From: Clostridiaceae bacterium
GTDB lineage: Bacteria; Bacillota; Clostridia; DSM-8532
Direction: 5' to 3'
Assembly (NCBI GenBank): GCA_012518025.1
Contig: JAAYTP010000008.1
Location: 9,303 to 73,302, forward strand
Length of the DNA: 64,000 nt
Shown here: in pieces, positions 16,621 through 25,712 of the stretch
Layout: the number at the start of each line of letters is the position of its first letter
Numbering within the stretch: the first letter of the stretch is position 1
Made by a program: the position numbers and the translations under genes
Notes under the pieces: generated by a model
Seen by the model: only the letters and a program-made list of their open reading frames with translations
Told to the model about the DNA's origin: nothing
The model's database searches: none

Positions 16621-19617
16621 ATGCAAGAAAATGAGATCTATAAATATGATGCGTTTATCAGCTACCGTCATACTGAGCCCGATAAGGCAATAGCAGAGAA
16701 GTTACATAGGATGCTGGAAAGCTTCAAGGTTCCCAAAAGCCTGATCAAAAAAGGCAGCCAAAAGAAAGTGGGTAGAGTCTTTCGTGATCGTGAAGAACTT
16801 CCAACCTCTTCGAACCTGGCAGACAACATCACCGAAGCCCTGACCAGTTCCGAACATCTCATTGTTATTTGTTCGCCCAGAACACCCCAATCAAAATGGG
16901 TGATGAAAGAGATTGAAACTTTTTCCAAGCTTCATGGTCAAGATCGAATCCTCGCTCTCCTCATAGAAGGGGAGCCCTATGAATCCTTTCCCGAACCCCT
17001 GCGCTTTGTCAAACGGCAGGTGGTGGGTGAGGATGGTAGCATTGAAGAAGTGACTGAAGAGGTCGAACCGCTGGCGGCCGATATCCGGGCTGACAGCCTG
17101 GGAAAGATGAAGAAAAAGCTCAAGGTGGAGATTTTACGGCTTTTGGCTCCTATCCTAAACTGCCGTTTCGACGACTTAAGGCAACGCCACAGGGAACGAA
17201 CCATCAAGCGGATTCTGTCGCTGTCCATATCCCTTTCCCTGTTTTTTCTGGGCTTTGGATCCTTTAGTGCCTGGCAGGCCTGGCAGATCAAGCAAAAATC
17301 CATTCTCCTTGAACAACAGGTGCAAAAGACACTTGAAGGGCAGTCCCTATATATGGCCAATATTTCAGGGCAACTCCTTGCAGAGGGAGACCGCAGAACA
17401 GCCATCATGGTGGCAAGAGAGGCTCTGCCGGCCGATTTGGATAACCCTGAGCGTCCCTATGTAGAAGAAGCCGAATATGCCCTGGGTCAGGCTTTACAGG
17501 TCTACAAAACCGATAACCGGTTCCTGCCGGATATCGCACTAAAGCATGCTAATGCAGTTAATTTCATCAAGCTGAGTTTCGATGGAAAAACCGCCGTTAC
17601 ATCGGCCAAGGATGGCTACCTGTATGTATGGGAAACCCAGCATGGGGACTTACTCGGGAAGCATTTTATCGGAGATAAATATCTAGGTAAGGACAAACTG
17701 GATTTTATCGATGACAGAACCATCGTCTATGTTACCGGCGGCATTTTAACATGTATGGATCTTGATACTATGGAGGCAAAATGGCAGTATGATGAGTATA
17801 CCTCCTACATTAAATTCTGTTCGGACCGCAAAGGCGTGGCTGCGGTCAGCAGCAGTGCTGTTGCTTTATTGGATGCGCAGACCGGCAATGCGCTTTTCAA
17901 GCAGTCCATAAATGACTATCTGGAAGGTGAGGGATTTGTCTCTGTCACAAGCCTGGCTATGGATGGTTCAGGCCGCTATCTCTGTGTGGGAACCAATTCC
18001 GGTCAGGTTCTTCTTTTTGACCTGAATAGTCATCGCTTATTATACGACTATAGGGTTGATAACCAACAAATTAACGATGTGGCTCTTTCCGACGGTGTTC
18101 TGGCAGTAGCATCCAGCAATTTCTCCCTTGAATCTCTTAACCTTCTTTCAAAAGGGGAAGGCAGACTGGATGTCTTCGACTTTAACGGTTACAGGCTTAT
18201 AGAGAGGGATTTCGACTACTCCAGCATTTCTGATCTGGCGTTCTCACCCTATGATGAGAACATGCTTATCTTTGTGGAAAGCGAAAAGATCAATGTTTTA
18301 GATGTTTCTGAGAACAAGATTTTGTATACCTTCATCAACGGCGGTAATATCACCGATTACATCATATGGGACGGGTTCGTGGTAACATCGTCCTATGATG
18401 GTTCCATTCGCTTCTGGGTTATGGATGATATAGGCTGGGAGTATTTTCCCGGAAGGATTGAGCTTTCCCGGGGCATCAACAATTTTATTGTCAGTTCAGG
18501 TGTTGTAGCGGCTTCCTGTGACCACTCCAATAAAGCAGTCATTCTCAGAGATTTACAAAATGAAGATATTATTAGACTGGCGGGCCATAATGATTCGGTT
18601 TACAGGTGCAGCTTTAGTCCCGATGGCAGCAGGCTCCTTTCCTATACCTCCAGCAGGGGAGAAATTGCTGTTTGGGATTGGGAAAACAAAGAGCTTACAG
18701 GCTTGATCGATACCGGCGGCAATCTTACCTATGCCTGCTTCGTTGACGATGGCAGTAAGATATTCACCACAAACCTGGAAGGTCAGGTCTCGGTATATGA
18801 TGCACAGACCATGGAAGTTATAACCCAGAAAACCAACGACTACAGTGTTGACAGAAAACACATCAGTTCCGATGGTTCTCTTTGTGTGTTAAGAACCTGG
18901 GATAATCTTCAGATTATACGCACCAAGGATTTAAGCCCTGTGGCTGAGATAGATACCACTGTGTTTGGAGCAGTCATTTTCTACGATCAAAACAGCAGGG
19001 TTATCTTAAGCTCACCCTATGATGACACGAAGGTTTATAGCACCAAATCCGGCAAGGAACTCTTTACATTTCCGCAGAAGGAGATAAGGGATATTGCCAT
19101 AAGTGACAGCAGCAAAACACTTGCTGCAATCTACCCGGACAACAGTATACGGCTTGTGGATTCCCAAAGCTTTGAAGAGCGTTTCGTCCTCAATGATTTT
19201 GACATAGCGGCATTGAAGGTGATATTTGATGCCGAGGGCAGGTATCTGTTTGTAAGCTTGGATGACTACAGTCTGCGCTGTTATGATGCCCAATCCGGAA
19301 AGCTGCTGGCCGAACTTAAGGGTATGTCTCAAGTTGCCTCAAATGTTATTTTCGACAACAGCAGAACCTTACTTATAACTCAGGGTGAAAGCGCTGAGGC
19401 CATTATCTGGCGATGGGAAAACAAGAAGAAGCTGAGCTATATGGATCGTCTGATCGAGGTTTCGCCCGATTTCAAAACGCTTATCAGCAGTCATAATAAC
19501 GAACTTCTCCTGATGCCCTTCTACGATACCCGAATGCTGGTGGAGATGGCCGAGAGGCAGCTTGACGGAAGAACCCTTTCGGACAGGGACAGGACTGATC
19601 TGTTTATCTCAAAATAA
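16621..19617 (+). CDS. TIR domain - single TM helix - large WD40-like beta-propeller protein
   Basis: TIR hallmarks: YDAFISYRH, HLIVICSP and SKWVMKEIE. A basic stretch RQRHRERTIKR precedes the helix ILSLSISLSLFFLGFGSFSAW. About 775 aa of repeats of the type SFDGKTAVTSAKDGYLYVWE and SFSPDGSRLLSYTSSRGEIAVWDWE follow. I prefer ATG 16621 to the track's TTG 16597. Confidence 0.8.
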   Translation: MQENEIYKYDAFISYRHTEPDKAIAEKLHRMLESFKVPKSLIKKGSQKKVGRVFRDREELPTSSNLADNITEALTSSEHLIVICSPRTPQSKWVMKEIETFSKLHGQDRILALLIEGEPYESFPEPLRFVKRQVVGEDGSIEEVTEEVEPLAADIRADSLGKMKKKLKVEILRLLAPILNCRFDDLRQRHRERTIKRILSLSISLSLFFLGFGSFSAWQAWQIKQKSILLEQQVQKTLEGQSLYMANISGQLLAEGDRRTAIMVAREALPADLDNPERPYVEEAEYALGQALQVYKTDNRFLPDIALKHANAVNFIKLSFDGKTAVTSAKDGYLYVWETQHGDLLGKHFIGDKYLGKDKLDFIDDRTIVYVTGGILTCMDLDTMEAKWQYDEYTSYIKFCSDRKGVAAVSSSAVALLDAQTGNALFKQSINDYLEGEGFVSVTSLAMDGSGRYLCVGTNSGQVLLFDLNSHRLLYDYRVDNQQINDVALSDGVLAVASSNFSLESLNLLSKGEGRLDVFDFNGYRLIERDFDYSSISDLAFSPYDENMLIFVESEKINVLDVSENKILYTFINGGNITDYIIWDGFVVTSSYDGSIRFWVMDDIGWEYFPGRIELSRGINNFIVSSGVVAASCDHSNKAVILRDLQNEDIIRLAGHNDSVYRCSFSPDGSRLLSYTSSRGEIAVWDWENKELTGLIDTGGNLTYACFVDDGSKIFTTNLEGQVSVYDAQTMEVITQKTNDYSVDRKHISSDGSLCVLRTWDNLQIIRTKDLSPVAEIDTTVFGAVIFYDQNSRVILSSPYDDTKVYSTKSGKELFTFPQKEIRDIAISDSSKTLAAIYPDNSIRLVDSQSFEERFVLNDFDIAALKVIFDAEGRYLFVSLDDYSLRCYDAQSGKLLAELKGMSQVASNVIFDNSRTLLITQGESAEAIIWRWENKKKLSYMDRLIEVSPDFKTLISSHNNELLLMPFYDTRMLVEMAERQLDGRTLSDRDRTDLFISK

Positions 19618-19767
19618 ACCATTACCGTCCCTCTTTGATGGAATTTGTACATGCTAAGGCCGCTTTGGCAGATCCCATCATGTTTCCTGCACACTGCAAG
19701 ACAGGTTTCACCTGCAGGTTGAATAATCCATGCCAATGCTTTAAAATGATAAGACTAAACTCCGAGG

Positions 19768-21507
19768 TTGATGACAATGAATAAACTTAAAGCATTTGTT
19801 CGCTACTACAAGCCGTATAAGGGCATGTTTTTTCTGGATATGCTGTGTGCCACCATCCTTTCAGGGATTGATATATTTTTTCCTGTTCTGATTCAGTATC
19901 TTCTGGACGAGGTGTATGGCAAGAGGCCAGATAATATGCTGGAGATAATCCTCCTTTCTGCGGGAGGACTTCTCTTTCTATATATCATCCGGTATTTCTG
20001 CCAGTATTATATTACCTCTTGGGGACATATCATGGGAACCAGGATGGAGGCCGACATGAGGAGGGATCTGTTCAGCCATTTGCAGAAGATGTCTTTCTCC
20101 TTCTACGATGACAGCAATACCGGTAAGCTCATGTCCCGTATTACCAATGATCTGTTTGAGATATCAGAGCTGGCTCACCACGGCCCTGAGGATTTGTTTA
20201 TTTCCATACTAAAGATCATCGGTTCGGTGGTTGTTATGATGACCATCGATGTGAGGGTCACCCTGATCCTTCTGGGGCTTACCATCTTCATTGTGGGCTT
20301 TACAGCATTCTACAACCTGAAGATGAGAGCGGTCTTCACAAAGAACAGGGAGAAAATTGCCCAGGTCAATGCCAGAATTCAGGATAGCCTTGCCGGGATC
20401 CGTGTGGTAAAATCCTTTTCTAATGAGGATATGGAGCTCAGCAAGTTTGATGCCGACAATCATGAGTTTGTGAAAACAAGGGAAGACAGCTATACCCTCA
20501 TGGGACGCTTTTTCAGCGGGAACTCTTTCCTTCAGGGGATTTTATACATTGCAGTTCTGGTAGCCGGGGGTATATTTGTGACCCGGGGAACTGTCAGTGC
20601 CACCGAAATGGTGACTTTCATTCTCTTTATCAATGTCTTTTTAAATCCCATTGAGAGGCTTGTCAATTTCACCGAGGCCTTTCAAAGGGGAATGTCTGGA
20701 TTTGACCGCTTCTTGAGTATGCTGAAAAAAGAGCCTGAGATTGTTGACAGCCCCGATGCGGTGGAACTGCAGTCGGTCAGGGGTGAGATTATCTTTGATG
20801 ATGTATCCTTCAGCTACAATGACAAGACCGAGGTGCTCAAGAATATCAACCTGAGAATAGAACCCGGACAAAATGTTGCACTTGTAGGACCATCGGGAAG
20901 CGGGAAGACCACATTCTGCAGCCTGATTCCCAGATTCTACGAGGTAAATGAGGGCAGGATTCTGGTGGATGGTACAGATATCCGGAATATCAAACTGGAA
21001 TCCCTCAGGAAGAATATTGGTGTGGTGCAGCAGGATGTGTATCTTTTTGGTGGTTCCATAAGGGATAATATACTCTATGGGAAGCCTGACGCAAGCGACG
21101 AGGAAGTGATAACTGCTGCCAGGCTGGCTAATGCCCATGACTTCATAATGGAGTTGGAAGACGGTTATGATACCTTTGTGGGTGAACGGGGCGTTAAGCT
21201 CTCCGGAGGCCAGAAACAGCGGATATCCATTGCCCGCGCCTTTCTGAAGAACCCGCCCATCCTGATACTGGATGAGGCCACCTCTTCACTGGACAACGAA
21301 AGCGAAAGACTGGTTCAGGAGTCCCTGGGAGTTCTGGCAAAGGGCAGAACAACATTGGTTATCGCCCACAGGCTTACTACCATCAAAAACGCTGATCTGA
21401 TTGTTGTGCTTACCTCAAAAGGTATAGAGGAGATGGGTACTCATGAGGAATTGCTGCAGGCAGGCGGTCTTTATGCTGAACTGTATCAGGAAGGATCCAC
21501 GATGTAG
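19768..21507 (+). CDS. ABC exporter, fused permease/ATPase (MsbA/MDR type)
   Basis: Six-helix N-terminal domain followed by Walker A GPSGSGKTT, LSGGQKQRI and ILILDEATS. The true start is probably ATG 19771 or 19777. Confidence 0.85.
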   Translation: MMTMNKLKAFVRYYKPYKGMFFLDMLCATILSGIDIFFPVLIQYLLDEVYGKRPDNMLEIILLSAGGLLFLYIIRYFCQYYITSWGHIMGTRMEADMRRDLFSHLQKMSFSFYDDSNTGKLMSRITNDLFEISELAHHGPEDLFISILKIIGSVVVMMTIDVRVTLILLGLTIFIVGFTAFYNLKMRAVFTKNREKIAQVNARIQDSLAGIRVVKSFSNEDMELSKFDADNHEFVKTREDSYTLMGRFFSGNSFLQGILYIAVLVAGGIFVTRGTVSATEMVTFILFINVFLNPIERLVNFTEAFQRGMSGFDRFLSMLKKEPEIVDSPDAVELQSVRGEIIFDDVSFSYNDKTEVLKNINLRIEPGQNVALVGPSGSGKTTFCSLIPRFYEVNEGRILVDGTDIRNIKLESLRKNIGVVQQDVYLFGGSIRDNILYGKPDASDEEVITAARLANAHDFIMELEDGYDTFVGERGVKLSGGQKQRISIARAFLKNPPILILDEATSSLDNESERLVQESLGVLAKGRTTLVIAHRLTTIKNADLIVVLTSKGIEEMGTHEELLQAGGLYAELYQEGSTM

Positions 21508-21648
21508 AGACCACAGCCTTCCATAAAAGCCCATGAAATCATTGAGTCCAATTCGGAGAATCACAGTATTTATAGGGAAATCTATAAGAGAGCCATGATT
21601 TTTATGAAGCAATCAAAATCATGGCGCCGGAAATTGAGGAGGTAAGGT

Positions 21649-23100
21649 ATGCATAGGAGTGATATTGGTCTCATCGGCCTTGCCGTTATGGGTGAGAACC
21701 TGGTAATGAATATGGAAAGCAAGGGGTTCTCGGTGTCGGTGTACAACCGGAGCACCGACAAGGTGAAGCGTTTTGTGGAAGGCAGGGGAAAGGGGAAAAA
21801 CATCATTGGAACCTACAGCATAGAAGAACTTGTTGACAGCCTGAAAACCCCCAGGAAAATCATGATGATGGTCAAGTCCGGAGACCCTGTAGATAATCTG
21901 ATAGAGCAGCTGATTCCCTTTCTTTCAAAAGGAGATGTGTTGATTGACGGGGGTAATTCCCATTACCTGGACAGTATAAGAAGAACAAAATACCTTGAAG
22001 AAAAGGGATTTTACTTTATAGGTACTGGTGTCTCCGGCGGAGAGGAAGGAGCCTTGACGGGGCCGAGCATCATGCCGGGCGGATCCCAAGCGGCATGGCC
22101 CCTCGTCAAGCCCATTTTTCAGGCCATTGCGGCCAGGGTGGAGGACGGTTCTCCCTGCTGCGACTGGGTAGGGGAGGACGGTGCGGGACATTTTGTAAAG
22201 ATGGTACACAACGGCATTGAGTATGGGGATATGCAGCTGATCTGCGAATCCTATCAGCTCATGAAAGATCTTCTGGGCTACGATGCCGACACCATGGGTG
22301 GGGTCTTCCATGAATGGAACCAGGGAGAGCTCAACAGCTACCTGATTGAAATAACCCGGGACATCATGGGGGTTAAGGATGAGAATGGGAAGCCTCTGGT
22401 GGACAGTATCCTGGATGCCGCTGGCCAGAAGGGGACGGGTAAATGGACTGTGATGGCGGCTCTGGATCAGGGAGTGCCCCTCACCTTGATAGGCGAGGCG
22501 GTCTTTGCAAGGAGCCTGTCTGCCATGAAGGAGGAGAGGGTAAATGCCTCCAAGGTGCTTGCCGGCCCCTCCATCACTGCTCCCCACGACCGGAAGGTCT
22601 TTTGTGAAGCCATAAGGAAAGCCCTCTACGCATCCAAGATCGTATCCTATGCCCAGGGTTTTGCCCTTATGCGTGCTGCAGCAAAAAACTATGGCTGGCA
22701 TCTGAACTATGGTGGTATCGCCCTCATGTGGAGGGGTGGATGCATTATCCGTTCCATCTTCCTGGGAAAAATCAAGGAAGCCTTCGACAAAAACCCGGAT
22801 CTTGAAAACCTGATGCTTGACAGCTTCTTTAAAGAGGCACTGGAAAAAGCCCAGGATAGTTGGCGGGAGGTGGTGGCGCAGGCCGTTTTGAACGGGATAC
22901 CGGTTCCGGCTATGTCCAGCGCGCTGTCCTATTATGACGGATACAGAACTGCCAGGCTTCCGGCCAACCTTCTGCAGGCTCAAAGGGATTTCTTCGGTGC
23001 CCACACATTTGAGCGTGTAGACAGACCGAGAGGGGAGTTTTTCCATCATAACTGGACCGGACGTGGCGGAAACACGTCAGCAACCACATATAATGCGTAA
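21649..23100 (+). CDS. gnd: 6-phosphogluconate dehydrogenase, decarboxylating
   Basis: 483 aa. Motifs: IGLIGLAVMGENL, the GNSHY region, HNGIEYGDMQLI and a QRDFFGAHT C-terminal motif. Confidence 0.92.
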   Translation: MHRSDIGLIGLAVMGENLVMNMESKGFSVSVYNRSTDKVKRFVEGRGKGKNIIGTYSIEELVDSLKTPRKIMMMVKSGDPVDNLIEQLIPFLSKGDVLIDGGNSHYLDSIRRTKYLEEKGFYFIGTGVSGGEEGALTGPSIMPGGSQAAWPLVKPIFQAIAARVEDGSPCCDWVGEDGAGHFVKMVHNGIEYGDMQLICESYQLMKDLLGYDADTMGGVFHEWNQGELNSYLIEITRDIMGVKDENGKPLVDSILDAAGQKGTGKWTVMAALDQGVPLTLIGEAVFARSLSAMKEERVNASKVLAGPSITAPHDRKVFCEAIRKALYASKIVSYAQGFALMRAAAKNYGWHLNYGGIALMWRGGCIIRSIFLGKIKEAFDKNPDLENLMLDSFFKEALEKAQDSWREVVAQAVLNGIPVPAMSSALSYYDGYRTARLPANLLQAQRDFFGAHTFERVDRPRGEFFHHNWTGRGGNTSATTYNA

Positions 23101-23106
23101 CAGCAA

Positions 23107-23200
23107 CCTCAAAGCTCTTCTTGCACTCTCATTTCCTACCTCCCACATCCCACCTCTAAAAGGTGAGATTGCTTCGTCGTCTCCGACTCCTCGCAATGAC
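23107..23200 (+). repeat. dispersed intergenic repeat, copy A (core plus right arm)
   Basis: Aligns by eye almost base for base with 60134..60225 (CCTCAAAGC...CCTCCCACATCC.ACCTCTAAAA..GAGATTGCTTCGTCG...CTCCTCGCAATGAC). It lies between convergent gnd and galM. Confidence 0.7.
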
Positions 23201-23210
23201 ACGAAGGGTT

Positions 23211-24266
23211 TTACCTTGCCCCGAATTTGTAGATGGTGATATGGTGATAGACCTCACCCGCTCTGAGAATGGGCGAGGGGAAGTGGGTATGCTTCATGGA
23301 ATTTGGGAAGTACTGGGTTTCCAGGCACAGCCCGCTGTGTTTTTTATAATCTGCTCCTCCCTTTCCCTTTTCATTCAGGTGGTTGCCTGTATAGAACTGC
23401 ACTCCGGGCTTGGTGGTGTAGACCTCCATAAACCGGCCGCTTTGAGGGTCATAAACTTCGGCGGCTTTTTCCGGTTCCTTCCCACTCACATCAAGAACAA
23501 AGTTATGGTCATAGCCGCTTCCAAACTTCATCTGTTCATCGTTCATGCATTCAAGCAGGCCCTTCCCGACGACCCTCATCTTTGTAAAGTCAAAAGGAGT
23601 ACCTGCCACATCCCGGATCTCTCCTGTGGGCAGGCATTCACCGGATATAGGAGTGAACCTGCGGGCATTGATCATCAGTTCGTGATGGTAAATGGTGCCG
23701 GAATCATGACCGGACAGATTGAAATATGCGTGGTTAGTAAGGTTGACCACCGTATCCTTGTCCGATACCGCATGGTAGTCGATAACCAGCTCATTATTAT
23801 CGCTAAGGGTATAGGTTACTGTTACATCCAGATTGCCCGGATAATTCTCTTCCATATCCGGGCTCAGATATTTCAGCCGGAGACTTTCCCGTCCGGAATC
23901 GCTGATTATTTCGGAGAACCATACCTTTTTATCAAAGCCCACGAGTCCGCCGTGGAGCTGGTTGTTTCCCTCATTGCTGTTGAGCTCATAAAATACATCG
24001 TTGATGGTAAAGGACGCATCTTCCAGCCTGTTGGCGTGACGTCCGATGATGGCGCCAAAGAATGGGTGAGGGCGGGTATAATCCTCAAAACTATCGAAGC
24101 CCAGTGTGATATCCTTAAGGTTTCCATCCCTGTCCGGTGCATGGAGTGATACTATAATGCCTCCGTAGTCCATGATTTCTGCCTTCATGCCGTTGTTGTT
24201 CACCAGTGAATAAAGATAAATATCCTGGTTATTAATTCTCCCAAAAGGTTTTTTGGTGATTTTCAT
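23211..24266 (-). CDS. galM: aldose 1-epimerase (galactose mutarotase)
   Basis: 351 aa. Motifs: GAIIGRHANR, NQLHGG, TNHAYFNL and CLETQ. Confidence 0.88.
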   Translation of the reverse strand: MKITKKPFGRINNQDIYLYSLVNNNGMKAEIMDYGGIIVSLHAPDRDGNLKDITLGFDSFEDYTRPHPFFGAIIGRHANRLEDASFTINDVFYELNSNEGNNQLHGGLVGFDKKVWFSEIISDSGRESLRLKYLSPDMEENYPGNLDVTVTYTLSDNNELVIDYHAVSDKDTVVNLTNHAYFNLSGHDSGTIYHHELMINARRFTPISGECLPTGEIRDVAGTPFDFTKMRVVGKGLLECMNDEQMKFGSGYDHNFVLDVSGKEPEKAAEVYDPQSGRFMEVYTTKPGVQFYTGNHLNEKGKGGADYKKHSGLCLETQYFPNSMKHTHFPSPILRAGEVYHHITIYKFGAR

Positions 24267-24499
24267 GATGGTTTGCCTCCTTGGTGGATTTTTACAACTT
24301 CCGGTTACTATTATAACAAAACTGGTTAGTTGAGCATACTGAATATGGATAAACAGGATTGCATGAGAAGAACAAAGCGCATAATGCAGAATTTGGCGAA
24401 TTATGTTTTACAGAAAGCGATATGTGTTCTATAATGTGATTGCCTGAATGATGAATTGTAAGTAGAAAATATCCCTTTGGGGGACATGCGGAGGATGTT

Positions 24500-25681
24500 A
24501 TGATTCAAAAAACCTATTCTATCGGCGGCGAGCATGATATACCGGTGGGTCCTCTTGGGATCATCCCCATGCAGGGAACCCATGAACTCGCAATGCTGGT
24601 GAACAAGCACCTGGTAACAAAGAGGAAGAGCTTGTTTTCCGAGGAAAACAGTCTGAGTCAGCACTATTTGAAGGAATCCTATATAATTTCTGCATCCTGC
24701 CCCAGATTCAGTACTGGTGACGGTAAGGGTGTCATAAACGAATCTGTGCGCGGCTACGATATTTATATCATTTCGGATGTGGGAAATTATAGCTGCACAT
24801 ATAAGATGTTTGGCCAGGAATGCCGCATGAGCCCCGATGACCATTTTCAGGATATTAAAAGGATCATTTCTGCCATAGGCGGGAAGGCCAGAAGGATAAA
24901 TCTGATCATGCCCCTGCTGTATGCGGGAAGACAGCATAAACGCGTCTCCAGAGAGTCACTGGACTGTGCCATAGCCCTTCAGGAATTTGAGGATCTTGGG
25001 GTGGAGAACATCATCACCTTTGATGCTCATGATCCGAGGGTACAGAATGCCATACCAATTAAGGGTTTTGAGAATATCCTGCCCACCTATCAGATAATAA
25101 AAGCTCTTGTAAGGAGCGAACCCGATCTTAGGATAGACAAATCCGGCATGATGGTTATCAGTCCCGACGAGGGCGGACTTTCCAGAAACATCTATTATGC
25201 CAACGTACTGGGTCTTGATCTGGGGATGTTCTATAAACGCCGTGATGTGACCAGGCTGGTTAATGGGAAGAACCCCATCATAAGCCATGAGTTCCTGGGC
25301 GATTCGGTTGAAGGGAAAAGCGTCCTGATCATTGACGACATCCTATCCTCCGGAGACTCCATTCTGGATATAGTAAAGGAACTGAAGAAGCGAAAGGCTG
25401 CAAACATCTATGTGGGTGTCACCTTCGCCCTTTTCACAGAGGGACTGGATAAGTTTCATGATCTGTATGAGCGGGGTATGCTGAACAGAGTATTCTCCAC
25501 AAACCTGACATACAGGAAGGAAGAACTGAAAAAAGCCCCCTGGTACGTGGAGGTTGATATATCTAAGTTTATAGCTCTGCTGATCAACACCCTCAACCAT
25601 GACTCCTCCTTAAGTTCTCTTCTGGATCCTACAGAAAAAATTCGTTCCCTTATGGAGCGTCGCAATGCTGCAAAAAATTAG
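24500..25681 (+). CDS. prs: ribose-phosphate pyrophosphokinase, long form
   Basis: 393 aa. Motifs: the YAGRQHKR loop, FDAHDP, MVISPDEGG and the PRPP-binding loop VLIIDDILSSGDS. RBS GGAGGA. Confidence 0.85.
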   Translation: MIQKTYSIGGEHDIPVGPLGIIPMQGTHELAMLVNKHLVTKRKSLFSEENSLSQHYLKESYIISASCPRFSTGDGKGVINESVRGYDIYIISDVGNYSCTYKMFGQECRMSPDDHFQDIKRIISAIGGKARRINLIMPLLYAGRQHKRVSRESLDCAIALQEFEDLGVENIITFDAHDPRVQNAIPIKGFENILPTYQIIKALVRSEPDLRIDKSGMMVISPDEGGLSRNIYYANVLGLDLGMFYKRRDVTRLVNGKNPIISHEFLGDSVEGKSVLIIDDILSSGDSILDIVKELKKRKAANIYVGVTFALFTEGLDKFHDLYERGMLNRVFSTNLTYRKEELKKAPWYVEVDISKFIALLINTLNHDSSLSSLLDPTEKIRSLMERRNAAKN

Positions 25682-25712
25682 GGTTGAGTATAGCCTTTGG
25701 TGAGGTGATTGC

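Noticed and set aside
21925-23049. 374-aa ORF antisense to gnd
   Set aside because: It lies entirely inside and opposite a very well-supported gnd reading frame. The translation is low-complexity and Gly/Pro/Arg-biased with no motifs or RBS, which is a typical shadow ORF.
23163-24149. 328-aa ORF antisense to galM
   Set aside because: It starts at a GTG inside the dispersed repeat (MRLLRRLRLL...) and runs opposite the clear mutarotase frame. I treat it as an artefact.
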